A stretch of 64,000 nucleotides of DNA, taken from positions 1,011,374-1,075,373 of the forward strand of contig NW_003314282.1 in assembly GCF_000143415.4 (NCBI RefSeq). Direction: 5' to 3'. Under the pieces are notes generated by a model. That model was not told where the DNA came from. It worked only from the letters and a program-made list of their open reading frames with translations, and did not search any database. Made by a program: the position numbers and the translations under genes. This DNA comes from Selaginella moellendorffii. Its lineage: Eukaryota > Plantae > Lycopodiophyta. Below, piece after piece: positions 35,386 through 47,611 of this stretch (positions are counted from its first letter, which is position 1; each line of letters starts with the position of its first letter).

Positions 35386-37136
35386 TGTAAATGACTAATT
35401 TTTCCATTTTATTTTAATCATTTAACCACACCTCCAACCACTTGAAGGAGTCTCATTCACAAACTCCATAAGTTCAATTTTGGATTTGGGATTTGCTAAC
35501 CTTGAAAATGGCATCTATGCCACTCAACCTTTGCACTTGGTCCAAGTGCTCCACATGTCTAGTCCCATGATCAACACCCTAAGGTACCACCAACATACCA
35601 GCTTATTACGCTAAAACTATGCTCATTCACCTTGGTCATACTGGTGGTCTAACACCACTTGCATTGCTATCCCGTCTCTCAAAGACTGGGCCATTTGTCC
35701 ATGAGTAACCATCCAAGATCCACTCCTTAGCATCCTTAAGATGCCTACATATATGGGGAATAACCTTCCCCAATATCCCTTTTACAATCCTCACTAAGTC
35801 CTTTTTCTGTCCATGGCCGTGTTTGCTAACATTGGCACTGGGACAAGGCCCACAAGCCTGACCACTAAGTTCCACTGTCCTTTAGGATTTCCTTGCCACA
35901 TGATCGTATCCTTGGTCACTACAACAGAGGACCATTCCTCTTCCTTTCCATAGTCTAGGACTTTGGGACAACATTTCAGAACACCATGGCCTTACACAAG
36001 CCTCATGGGTACTTTCCCCACCTTCTGCCTTTGGGTGCTTTAGCCATGGGCTTAGAGCAAGGTTCTGTTGAGCCATGCTAGGTATCCAAGTAGGTAGTGC
36101 CACCTATGCTTGGATTGGGAGCATCGACCATTTGATCTCTTGGGGGAACTAAAGTCAGCTTTTAAACAATTCACCAAGCTACCCTGCTTGTTGGTCCATA
36201 TTCACTCTAGCTTTGGACTCCCATTGGTTATCTTATCACCCAACATCTGAGTACAACCTTCCTAGGCCAAATTGGCTCCACTAGGATCCAACCCTCACAC
36301 TCTCCCTACTATACTTTTGGAACCCCTTATAGCTCCCCCCCCCCCTGTGGGGGACAATTGCTTTGGGCTTTCACCCAATAGTCTGTATTAGTAATCAAAC
36401 TCAAACTCGAACTTGGACTTAGACTCGGACTCGGACTTGGTCTCAGTCTCGGTCTTGGCCTCGGACTCGAACTCAGTCTTGGTCTCAGTTCCATCTCAAA
36501 CTCCATCTCGGGTCCATCTCGGGTCCATCTCGGGTCCATCCCGAACTCCATCTCAGGTCCATCTCAGACTCCATCTCGGGTCCATCTCGGACTCCATCTC
36601 AGGTCCATCTCAGACTCCATCTCAAACTCCGTCTTAGGTCCATCTTGAACTCCATCTCGGACTCCATCTCGGACTCCATCTTGGGTCCATCTCGGGTCCA
36701 TCTAGGACTCCATCTCGGACTCCATCTTAAGTCTATCTCAGACTCCATCTCGGGTCCATCTCGGACTCCATTTTAGTCTCCATCTTGGGTCCATCTTGGA
36801 CTCCATCTCGAGTCCATCTCGGACTCCATCTCAGACTCCATATTGGGTCCATCTTGGATTCTATCTTAGGTCCATCTCGGACTCTATCTCGGGTCCATCT
36901 CGAACTCCTCCATGTGTCATATGTTAGTCCTCTTATGTCCTTTTTCTAGAGACTCACTTATTACTCGCTTTATACTTGTTTTTTGAGCACTTCGTTGGGA
37001 GTTCCACTCCCGCTCTTGACCTTTCAAGTTGAAGCTTTTAGTCCAAACGTGTTATGCTTGTTTGGCTTTCACTTTGGCCACTACCACATGGCACCCTTTT
37101 GGCTCCGTTTTGGGGCTTAGGGATTTGTGTCTCACA
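35386..37136 (-). mobile_element. Solo LTR of the 48975-56434 family, inserted in the hAT transposase
   Basis: TG...CA ends, 5-bp TSD CAAAG (35381-35385, 37137-37141), collinear with 48975-50673, GGACTCCATCTC array at ~36410-36905. Confidence 0.95.
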
Positions 37137-38420
37137 CAAAGTTTACTCATAAGCGAATGCTATGCTATTGTGATACAAAGTTTTACTACAACTTCATTAT
37201 GATGGAGAGGCTAGTGGAGCTCTAGGATGCTCTACAATAGATGTTTGTATACCCTACGTATAGAGCAAGGCTTGAGTCAAAGATGAGAGCAGGTAGAGAT
37301 CGTTATGAAACTGTTTTTGATGACCATTTTTGGGAACAGGTTAAGGACATGTTAGAGGTGTATGAGGATGTTATGCTACTACTTTATCTTGTGGACAGTG
37401 ATATACTTGCAATTGGAAAAATATATGAGTGTATGAACAGGTTTGATGCAAGTTTAGAGGAAGGACGGTCAGATTATAGTAGGTATATGGAACTTCATTA
37501 GATCATGTTTAACCGGTGGCATGAAAATCACTCGCTCATGCACTTGGTGGCATATATGCTAGACCCCAAGTTTCAAGAGCATAAAAAGCATGCCAACAAA
37601 GAAGTTATGAAGGATTGGAATGCTTATCTATTGGCCATGTTTACATCTAGTGAGAGGGACGTGATACGAGATGAACTTTTAATTTACAAGAGGATAGGAA
37701 GCATTTTCAACTCGATTGATGCTAAATCTGATCGCACTAAGAAGGGAGCTGTATGTTGGTGGGAGGACTATAGTTATGAAATTCCAGTTCTTCAAAAGTT
37801 GGCCATTCAAATTCTAAGCCAGGCATGCTTGTCATCCTCGGTGGAGAGATTATTCAACACTTTCGAGCATGTGTCTTCAAAAAAGAAAAACAAACTTATT
37901 GTGGATAGGACAACAGATTTGGTTTTCGTGGTTTGCAATAGCAAATTGTTAACTTGCAAAAATGACTGTAACTACGACAAATTTGTGAGGTACAAAGTAT
38001 TAGAGATAGTTCTTCATCTAGAAGACGAGCTTGAGTAGGAAGATGGAGATGATGTTGAAGATTGTGAGGTTGAAGATAATGATGACTTGTAGGATGTTTG
38101 AGTATAATAAAAGTAGCATATTCCAAGAATAAAAAAGAATATTCTTAGAATATTCGCTAGAATATTCATGAGCCATATCATGTTCTGTGGTCGGGTTCCT
38201 GAAATCTAAAGCTCATGTTCGTGTTCCATGTTCATGTTTGTAACTATGCCAACAAGAGCACAATTGCTACACAAAGAGCTCCTCATTTGAAAACTAGCAA
38301 ATTGCAAAGATAAAGAAGCTATATATATCTCGAGTTTACAAATCAATCCAGACTGAATTTACTATGTTGACGCAGTTTGTATAGTAAACTTGACAAGATA
38401 AAGTTTTGAAGGTGTCTTAC

Positions 38421-39830
38421 TTAAACAAGCAGGAGATACGTCAGGAGAGGAAGAAAAGAAAACATTTGAGTTGTAGAAGATTTCCACACGAAGATGTATG
38501 TAAAACCAGAAGAAGTGTCAAGGTTCATGCTGACATTGCATCCTGCTGTTCCAAATCCAATCTCCTGCTTTTCCAAATCAAACTCCACTGCCACATCCAG
38601 CTGCTGGTAGGTTCCTATAACATTCAGTGAGAACCCCACCTTTTGCGAGTCTCCAACAGCCAAGCATACAGTAGCATTTTCAGCATCATCATCTAGCAGA
38701 AACCATGTCCGAAATTCAACCTGTGTGCCATTCTCAAAGTGATAAGTCAGAGTTTGTGGTGGTGGTGTGTCACCATTTACAGAAACATTGTAGCAAATAT
38801 CATTGCCAAGCAGTGCTGCAGTTTTGTTGCTCGATACTTTAGTAAGGTTGGAGTTGAGGTTTTGTATGGCTTGCACAAGAGGGGTGTAGGAATCTGGTGT
38901 GAAATAGCTGAATGCAAACGTTGAATCAATGATCGTTCCTCCAGTTCCATCGGCAAGAATGCCTTGCACCAGAAAAGTCAACATGTCGTTGATACTTATG
39001 GATCTCAAGCCGATGTAATACAACGCAGTGGAAATTGGATTTACGATCATTGGAGTGTAAGAAAGAGAGGAGTTCGATGATATCTTATAATTTCCGAACA
39101 CGATTTTGCCACTAAACGTATCAGATGGAGCACAATAGATAAACTTGCCTGTATAGTCCATTTCAGCAAGTTGTCCGATGAATGACTTGTTTGTCTTTGC
39201 AAATCCCACCAGGCCTGATGTACTGAGAATTCCCAGCAATCTCGTGCTTTGTCGACCACATCCAAGTGACATTCTAAGGCTTTTATTGCCTCTAGTTTTA
39301 CGTGGAGCTTTCATGGTTACAACATCACTAGCCATCTCACCAGCTGAGGAGTACCTGGGGCTGTAAGAAGCATTATATAAGCAAGTCGTGGAACCCACTG
39401 CTGAAGATCCACAAGAGTTTGTGGAGAAACCAGGGGATGTCGAGCAGAAAGGAGAGGTGCAAGGAATTCTACTTTAAGATGTGGATGATGCCGATGAAAA
39501 GAGGGGTTCGTTTGTGGAAACATTGCAATCGATGCAAGGAGAGCAAGCAGCCCAGAAGAATTCCGAGTTAAGTGCCATGGTGAAGTTGTGCTGCATAGGA
39601 GGAGTTCCCAAATTGACATTCATGGCGAAGTTGAGGCCGTTATCTGGAGTTCGTCTTCGCTTCCAGGCGGCAACTCCCATCTCGAATCCCTCTTCTATCG
39701 CAACTTTCAAGACCGTTCTTGCAATAACATTGGCCAACCCTAAAGGAGCAGCCTCGACGTGAGGACGACTAAATTCCCAAATGCACACAAGAGCCAGTAG
39801 GAAACAAAGCACAGACCGACACCTCTCCAT
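38421..39830 (-). pseudogene. Type B aspartic-protease-like gene, near full length, one in-frame TAA at 39474-39476
   Basis: ORFs 39474-39932 and 38421-39398 share a frame and the gap reads SRIPCTSPFCSTSPG. Signal peptide, hydrophobic tail, motifs ALNS and DSTF. Confidence 0.88.
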
Positions 39831-40075
39831 GGAGGATTGAGAAACTCTTGGAAGATTGGAAAAACTAGATTGAGAAACTCTTGAGGCAAGATTGAGGCAA
39901 TATATATTTGATGACATATCTGACTCTTTCAATCAATATATGTAACAACAGTTTTCATAAACATCATCCTTTTTGTAAAAGATAAGACCGATTGATCTGG
40001 ACACTTTAAAATATTTCAGTTTACCTTTTACCAATATAAAAACGGGCAAAACAAATGGCTGGATTGAGACAAACG

Positions 40076-40753
40076 TTATGACAAGATAAAGTTTTGAAGG
40101 TGTCTTAAACAAGCAGGAGATACGTCAGGAGAGGAAGAAAAGAAAACAATTGAGTTGTAGAAGATTTCCACACAAAGATGTATGTCCAAGCACACAGTCG
40201 CATTTTCAGCATATTCATCTAGCAGAAAACATGTCTGAAATTCAACCTGTATCCCATCGTCTAAGTGATAAGTTGGAGTTTGTGGTGGTGGTGTGTCACC
40301 ATTTACAGAAACATTGTAGCAAATCATTGCCGAGCAGTGCTGCAGTTCCTTTGCTCGATACTTGAGTGACGTTCCCGGTTTGAGATCCATAAGTATCACG
40401 TTGAATTTTCCAGTGCAAGGCATTCTTGCAGATGGAACTGGAGGAATGATCATTGATTCAACGTTTGCATTCAGCTATTTCACACCAGATTCCTACACCC
40501 CTCTTGTGCAAGCCATGCAAAACCTCAACTCTAATTTGGATTTACTAATGGCTCGACTAATTGGCTTATCCTTTTAGTGTGGCTCGTCCAGAATGGTACA
40601 GGTAAGCCTTCATTGATTTTCGCCCAACCAATCGTCCACCCCAAGATGGGGACGGACGAGCCCAGTTATGGGAAGTAGTTTGGATATGAAAAGCAAGTTA
40701 ATCTATTTTGATGCGTTTAGTGGCAAAATCGTGCTTGGGAACTATAAGAAATC
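40076..40753. pseudogene. Type B fragment with two internal inversions
   Basis: ~40375-40533 and ~40548-40753 are inverted relative to 28360-28700. Confidence 0.8.
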
Positions 40754-43566
40754 AGGGATTTTGAGAGGCTCTATGATGTGTTTCAGGACAGAGAGATTGA
40801 AGAACACAAAAGAGCTGCGTCGTTTTCTCTCTGCAAAGGTATATTGATGCTGCTGCTGAAGTATCACAATTATCGATTGGCTCCAAGTATGTATGTTATT
40901 ATGCTTTCCTGATTATGATTATTGGACAGTTTTCGTGAGGGAAACAATGCCAGAATCAATTTAGAGTGAGTAGTGTTACAGCATAAACAATCAGAGTGTT
41001 TACTTTTTAGCTTCTCCAATGCTTGTTTTACATCTTCAATGCTCGCAATTTTCTTAAACAAATTGTTTATCGATCTTCAATTCATAATACTTATGCCCTT
41101 TCCTGTTTTTGAATGTACAAATAACAATTCCATTGTTGAGCTGCAAGCAAAAGGATTTTGGCATGTGTTTGAGGTTCTACCTTAATCTTGAGAAATCTTT
41201 CAGAACTTTTTTCCCTCCAGCTTCTTTGGTTGAGCATGAATTTCTGTGGAGATGATGGGCAAAGAGATTCCCAGCTGAGTCAAGCTTGTCCAAAATCTTG
41301 TCTGCATATGGCTTCATTACTCAATTAAAAACCACAATCTCATATATCTTGCTCATCTTTTTTAAAAAACTATTCATGCTCAACCTCTTTGCCACAAAGT
41401 AACACTTCAGTAGAATAGTTTTCCCACTGAAGAGCTTAAGGGATGCTATGGCCTTGTGGGCATGGATTAATGTTTAACACAAGATGGGGTTTATTCTCTA
41501 AAGGTGGTGGTAGCAATAAAAAATCATCTTCTCTTTGGTGGTGATGTTGAGTGTTGCAAAACTCCACTCCTATGGCCTCTTCATAGTTATGAAGAAAGAT
41601 AGAAAGAATGTGAGATTGCAATAAATCTTTATAAATCAAGTTAATACACTTCCATAATTCTGGCCGAGCAGCATGTAGAAATTCAACCCCAACACCAAGA
41701 GTCTCTAGGCAAATTGAGCTCCACGCTCAGGCCTTGTGGATCTTTTGGATCTTCTAGCAAGCAGCTAGTAGCGAGACCCAAGCAACACTCTGGGGCTTGA
41801 AAGGCATGCTGTGGATGAGCTCTTTGGCCTTGTCTAGCTCTTTGGCCCTTGGAAACATGTCAACAAACCCACAATAGTGTTCTCCTATGGCTTGACTCCA
41901 TAGTCTTGAATCATTAACTAAAAGTAGTCTTGAGAAATCTTCACCACCTAAGTGGCAACATGCCACAAACATGCTCATAAAGACAATGTGATTGGGCATC
42001 ATGCTCTCCTGGATGGTCCTATGGAAGGTTTCCAAGGCCTCGGTTACATGCCGGTGGAAGCATCCATGGCCACCACTGCAGTCCATGAGACCCACTCTGG
42101 CATTTTCTCAAACCAAACTCAAGCTTCCAAAAGGAGTCCCTTGTGAACAAAACCCACCACCATTGCCATCCAGGCAATCACATCACACTCCTCCATCGCT
42201 TGGAAGGGGCTCATCACTTCCTGGAAGTGCGTTCCAGAGATAGGCCGAGAGGAGTGCTGTGCTTGCTGTCTTGCTATTGTAAGGCATTCGATCTAAAATA
42301 AACTTTGCATTTTCAAGATGGTTTCTAGAGGTAAGCATATGCATCATTGTCGTCCAAGAGATCTCATCACGGTGAGCCATCTTTTGGAAAGAATCTAATG
42401 CCTCGTCCAAATGCCCATTCGCGGCATATCTGCAAACCATGGAGTTCCAAGCCACGTCTTTGTTTGGCAGCCTATCAGACAAAGCTTTAGCCTCCTCCAT
42501 AGAGCCGTTAGATGCGTAGCCGTCAATCATAGCCGTAAATGTCACCTCATTAAGATCTGGGGCATCTTCAAAGAGAATCTTTGCTTGCTCCATATGCCCT
42601 GCCTGGGCATATGCTGTGATCATGGTCCTCCATGTTACTACATTCCTTGTGGGCATTCTATCAAAGAGATCTTTAGCTTCATCCAGCCCCGGGTTGTGGC
42701 ATGGCCTTGTACCATGGCCGCCCACGCCACCACGTCCTTTTGGGGCAGAGTTCACGTGCGCATGAGAGATGCCCGTTATGGGCATATGCCACGATCATGG
42801 AGGTGCTAGAAACGAGGGTTTCCTCCGGCATGGAGTGGAATACCGCCTCCGCCTCGCCGAGATTGCCACTCTGCGAGTACATCTCGATCATCGTGTTCCA
42901 GGTGATGGAATTCTTTGGCAGGGATGCGATCGAAGAGCTGCTTGGCGCGCTGCACGTCCCCGGCCGCGAGATCATGGTGTTGCTGGACACAATCTCCTGC
43001 GGCGGCATGCTTCCCAGGACCGATCGCGCCTGCTCCAGGTCGTGGTTGGGAATGTAGGCCTGGAGGGTGAGATTCCAAGAGAAGAGATTGCGATCCGAGG
43101 TAGAATCGGCTTCCTCCAGGCAGCCGCAGCGGCCATACATCTGGACGAGGAGATTTCGCAGGAAGACGCTGTTATTGTGGTCGCTGTGAAGGATCTGGGC
43201 GTGGATCCGGCGGCCATCGCTGGGATTGTCGCAAGATCTGACGAGGGCGACAAGCTCTTGGACGCCAAGAACGCGCATCGCATCATGGCCGTTGGATGAT
43301 GGGGACGTCCGAGGTTCAAGTCCTGGCAGGTTCTAGCTTCCAGCCACGAAGTTTTCATGGCACGCGGCGAGAACTCATCCCCCATCGTGCAGCCGCACTC
43401 CAAATGCCAGAGGCAATCGCAATCGGGCGCGCTCGTCAACGACACAATTAATTTCCATCTTTTCTTGTGGCTTGGATGGATTTCTCTTGCTGCGAGTTCA
43501 GCAAGTTGTCCGATGAATGACTTGTTTGTCTTTGCAAATCCCACCAGGCCTGATGTATTGAGAATT
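40754..43566. repeat. Direct segmental duplicate of ~28700-31230
   Basis: Collinear intergenic, PPR and type B sequence, e.g. TTTCAGGACAGAGAGATTGAAGAAC at ~28721 and ~40781. Confidence 0.9.
41754..43283 (-). pseudogene. PLS/E-class PPR pseudogene
   Basis: RNLLVQMYGRCGCLEEA, AKDLFDRMPTRNVVTW, EHYCGFVDMF...MPFKPQSVAWVSLLAAC; frameshifted. Confidence 0.88.
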
Positions 43567-43664
43567 CAAAGAAGCTATATATCTCGAGTTTACAAATCAA
43601 TCCAGACTGAATTTTCTATGTTGACGCGGTTTGTATAGTAAACTTGACAAGACAAAGTTTTGAA

Positions 43665-44310
43665 GGTGACGTGAGGAGAGGAAGAAAAGAAAACACTTGA
43701 GTTGTAGAAGATTTCCACACGAAGACGTATGTAAAACCAGAAGAAGTGTCAAGGTTCATACATCCTGCCGTTCCAAATCCAATCTCCTGCTTTTCCAGAT
43801 CAAACTCCACTGCCACATCCAGCTGCTGGTAGGTTCCTATAACATTCAGTGAGAACCCCACCTTCTGTGAGTCTTCAAACAGCCAAGCACACAGTAGCAT
43901 TTTAAGCATCACCATCTAGCGGAAACCATGTCCGAAATTCAACCTGTGTGCCATTCTCAAAGTGATAAGTCAGAGTTTGTGGTGGTGGTGTGTCACCATT
44001 TACAGAAACATTGTAGCAAATATCATTGCCAAGCAGTGCTGCAGTTTCGTTGCTCGATACTTTAGTAAGGTTGGAGTTGAGGTTTTGTATGGCTTGCACA
44101 AGAGGGGTGTAGGAATCTGGTGTGAAATAGCTGAATGCAAACGTGGAATCAATGATCGTTCCTCCAGTTCCATCTGCAAGAATGCCTTGCACCGGAAAAG
44201 TCAACGTATCGGTGATACTTATGGATCTCAAGCCGATGTAATACAAGGCAGTGGAATTTAGTGTAAGAGAGAGAGAGGAGTGCGATGATATCCTATAGTT
44301 GCCGAGAATG
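43665..44310 (-). pseudogene. Type B aspartic-protease-like fragment (3' half)
   Basis: YYIGLRSISITDTLTFPVQGILADGTGGTIIDSTF; near-identical to 38440-39100. Confidence 0.88.
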
Positions 44311-44595
44311 ATGCTCGAGAACTACAAGCATTGCTTGGCTTTCCACTCCACCTACCATAGCAAGATTAGATGGTGAATGTCACAAGGCTGGCAGTGGCAC
44401 ACCAATTCTGGCGGATTCCACACCAATTCTGGCGCATTCGAGATCATTGTCTGCTGTCCACTCACGTTTGGCGCGAAACAATGTTGCCAAGCAAGGAACA
44501 AAGATACTTAAATTACTGCCATATGTCAATCTAGAGTTTCATTTAGAGCTACTGGTTTACTATAAAAGCTGATCAAGTTCAGAGTTGAGAATAAG

Positions 44596-45085
44596 ATGGT
44601 CTCATTAATCACCATATTCCTGTTAATTTCTTTTATACCAAGCATAATTGGGGTAATTTAAAATGCAATTAATGCTTTTCTAGTTTTCTAATTTTTTTAT
44701 GCAGTGTTTATATGGTATAAATATTAAAACAGCATGTGTAGACAATGCTGGAACTGATGCAAATATAAAAATACAATTTCTTACTTTCTTTGGAAAATTT
44801 CTTGAATTTAAAAATCTTGATAACAAAAACAGAGATGATTTTGAAAGATGTACACTTTCAACATTTTCAGATTTAGAAGCAACATGTTTGGAAGAATTTG
44901 ATGTAATTTGTGAAATGATTTTATCACATGATAATTCTGGTGGTAAACCTGGATGGTATCCAGAATGGGTTGAAATTATCCCACCTTTATCAAATGATCC
45001 TGATAAATATGTCACATCTAGAAAATTTAATGTTAATGCATGGCTTGAAGGTGGTAGTCTTTCATTTACAGCAAAAATATGCTAA
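44596..45085 (+). CDS. Secreted single-domain PLAT/LH2 protein, ATS3-like (exons 44596-44652, 44705-45085; 145 aa)
   Basis: TATAAAAG at 44561; signal exon MVSLITIFLLISFIPSIIG; 52-nt GT-AG phase-0 intron; AGTDANI, DDFER, HDNSGGKPGWYPEWVEI; six Cys. Confidence 0.88.
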
Positions 45086-45441
45086 AGTGATTAAAAAAAG
45101 AGTGTAAAACTTAATCATTAAATTACACAATAATAAACATATATTTAAATGAATACAGAGTTAATAAAATATTAAATATTAACTTGTTAACTTATTATTA
45201 AATACTTGATTTTTTAAAAAATAATAAAATTTATTTATATGAATATAAATTAATAAATTTAAAATAAATACTAGGAGGGTGAGAAAGATAATAAATCTAA
45301 GTGATAAGATGTTTTCTATTATGTATCTGCTTTGGCAAAGTTACAATTTTAATTGCATCAAATTTGCTACTATTTATATTCAAGGAACACATAATCATAC
45401 ATATGTTATATTAGCTGGTGAAGGAAAACTAACATTATAAT

Positions 45442-45509
45442 AAGTATAGTAGGGGGAGGACTGCAGTGGAGCCAGTTTAGCCAGGAAAGGCCAGTTTGGC
45501 CCAGGAAGG
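45442..45509. repeat. 68-bp isolated LTR fragment
   Basis: Reverse complement of ~49844-49911 with one mismatch by eye. Confidence 0.9.
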
Positions 45510-47611
45510 ATAAAAGAAGTATTTAGTGGTTTCTTTTTATTTTGCTTCATGTTATATATATTAGATAAAAATTAAAGATGAGATATTATAGACTAAATAT
45601 AAGGTGAACCATTTTTTTGTTGAAATTTTTTCAAGTCTCTAATGTAAGCATTGATAGCTATATAGTTTTTTGAATAAAAATAAAGCATCTCCTAAAGTAA
45701 TTGCTTAAAATGTATTTCATGATATTTATCCTCTTTGATGGGGAATAATTGTTGATAGTAAATTGATGCAAATTATTAGTTATGCATAGCAATGGATGGT
45801 TTAGAGTATTCATCATATAAAGCTTATACTTTTGAGAGAAAGCAATGAGTAGTATCTCAAAAAAATAATCAATGATTAGGTTGTTATAAACTTTTAAATT
45901 TAGATTTCTCAGGAGGTCACTTAATTGGGTACTATTTAAACCCAAAGACACTTAATCTCAAATATCCCAAAACCCTTAACCAATTGGAAAATGAGGTGTA
46001 TTTTTATTCATGGGCATTTTTCCCTCTATATTTGAACCTTATGGATTGTCTCTCAAATCATTCTCTTTGGTTGCTTACAATTGTTTATACATTCTATATA
46101 TTTTATAGAGTAATTTTTAATTTTTTTAAAATTATAATATCAATTAAATAATGTCAATCCAAGTGCTTTTATTTTGCATAGCCTTGTTATAGGTTAAATT
46201 TTTTTTTATTATATGTATGATTATAAAGGCAAATGTTTTTATATGATTGTTTGTTATATTTTACATTAGTTTGGTTTTTATTACTATTTTTAAGAGGGTC
46301 ATAGTTCAAAATAGCTTCAACATAAGCTACATCAATTTACATTATAATGCCTTATCGTTTTATAAATGCCATTCCTTTAGATTTATCTTCTGATGTAAGT
46401 CTATGAGTTTTTTTTATAAATGTTTGAGATATCCTTTAACCCAATTTAATTTATTAGATATTTTTATTTTACTTAAGTAGATTTATTGTGTTATAATAAT
46501 AATTTTTTAGAACTCCAAAACTGTAATATAAAGGGGTGTGAGGTCCAAGTGTACAGGTACAATGCTGTATATTAATATTAGTGTAGTGGGATTTTGATAG
46601 CCGTTAGATTGGTTTCAATCCAGACCACTTGCTCCTATATATAAGCTAGGGTTTTTGGGCTAATGGATATGCACATTTTCTGTATTCCTTTTCCATATTT
46701 CATACACTCACATTGGTGGAGGTAAGGGGCACTTTTGATTGTACCTGAGGAGTGCTTGAATTTGGGATTTTGGTTTAAATCTAGTTTTTACATCGTTTAG
46801 ATCTAGCTTTTTCCATTTCTTTTCTTTTGTTCTTTCTTTTCAGGATTTTGGTATAGATAAATCTCCCTTTTCTTTTAGCTTTTTTTTTTTTTTCATTTCA
46901 CTTCTTTTGCTCTTTCCTTTTCGTTAATCTTGATGGCAGATCAACAATCTCCTCTTTTGACTCTGGAGCAACAGTTGGTACAATTGCTTGATGCTATGCA
47001 ATTGCAATTGAACAACTAAACTCAGTTGATGGTGGCATTTATGGCACATAGTACAACTTCTCTTGTTCTTGGTGCCAATCCTCGCGTTCAGCTGGAGTTC
47101 TTTCATGGGAATTCTGGGGATGATATATACTATTGGTTCGATCATTTCACGGTGATTGCCACATATAATTCTTGGGATGATATTTGATGTTTGCATGAGT
47201 TTCCCATGTGTCTCTAAGGGATGGCTTGAGCACAGCCACTTGTGGGGATTGGAGTGTTCTTTTAGATGTCTTCAAACACGTATTCAAGTATACCGACGAT
47301 TAATGAAGCCTTCCAATAGTTGCATTGTCTTTGTCAAGGGCCATCTGAGTTGGTGATGCAATTTGGCATTCATTTCCGAAGCCTTTTGATTCATGTGGAA
47401 CCAAATATATTGGGGCAGATCAAGCTAGGAATGTTGTGGCCAACACTTTTTCAAGATCTTGTCAGACTTGTGTATGCATTTGCTTTTGCCACCTTTGATG
47501 ATGCTCTTCATTTGGCACAACGTTATGAGATGTCACCTCTTCCACTTCTCGCTGCACATCCTTCAACACTACTTCATGTGGGTGATGGTTCTATTCCAAT
47601 GGAGGTTGATG

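Larger units (their letters stand above)
33974..38248 (+). mobile_element. hAT DNA transposon with degenerate transposase
   Basis: 14-bp TIRs CATAGTTACAAACA / TGTTTGTAACTATG; 8-bp TSD CCAACAAG (33966-33973, 38249-38256). FAHCLNNALKD and dimerization-domain motif WWEDYSYEIPVLQKLAIQILSQACLSSSVERLF. Confidence 0.96.

Noticed and set aside
36410-36905. Possible CRISPR-like array
   Set aside because: Contiguous 11/12-mer units with no unique spacers, no cas genes, and a eukaryotic context.
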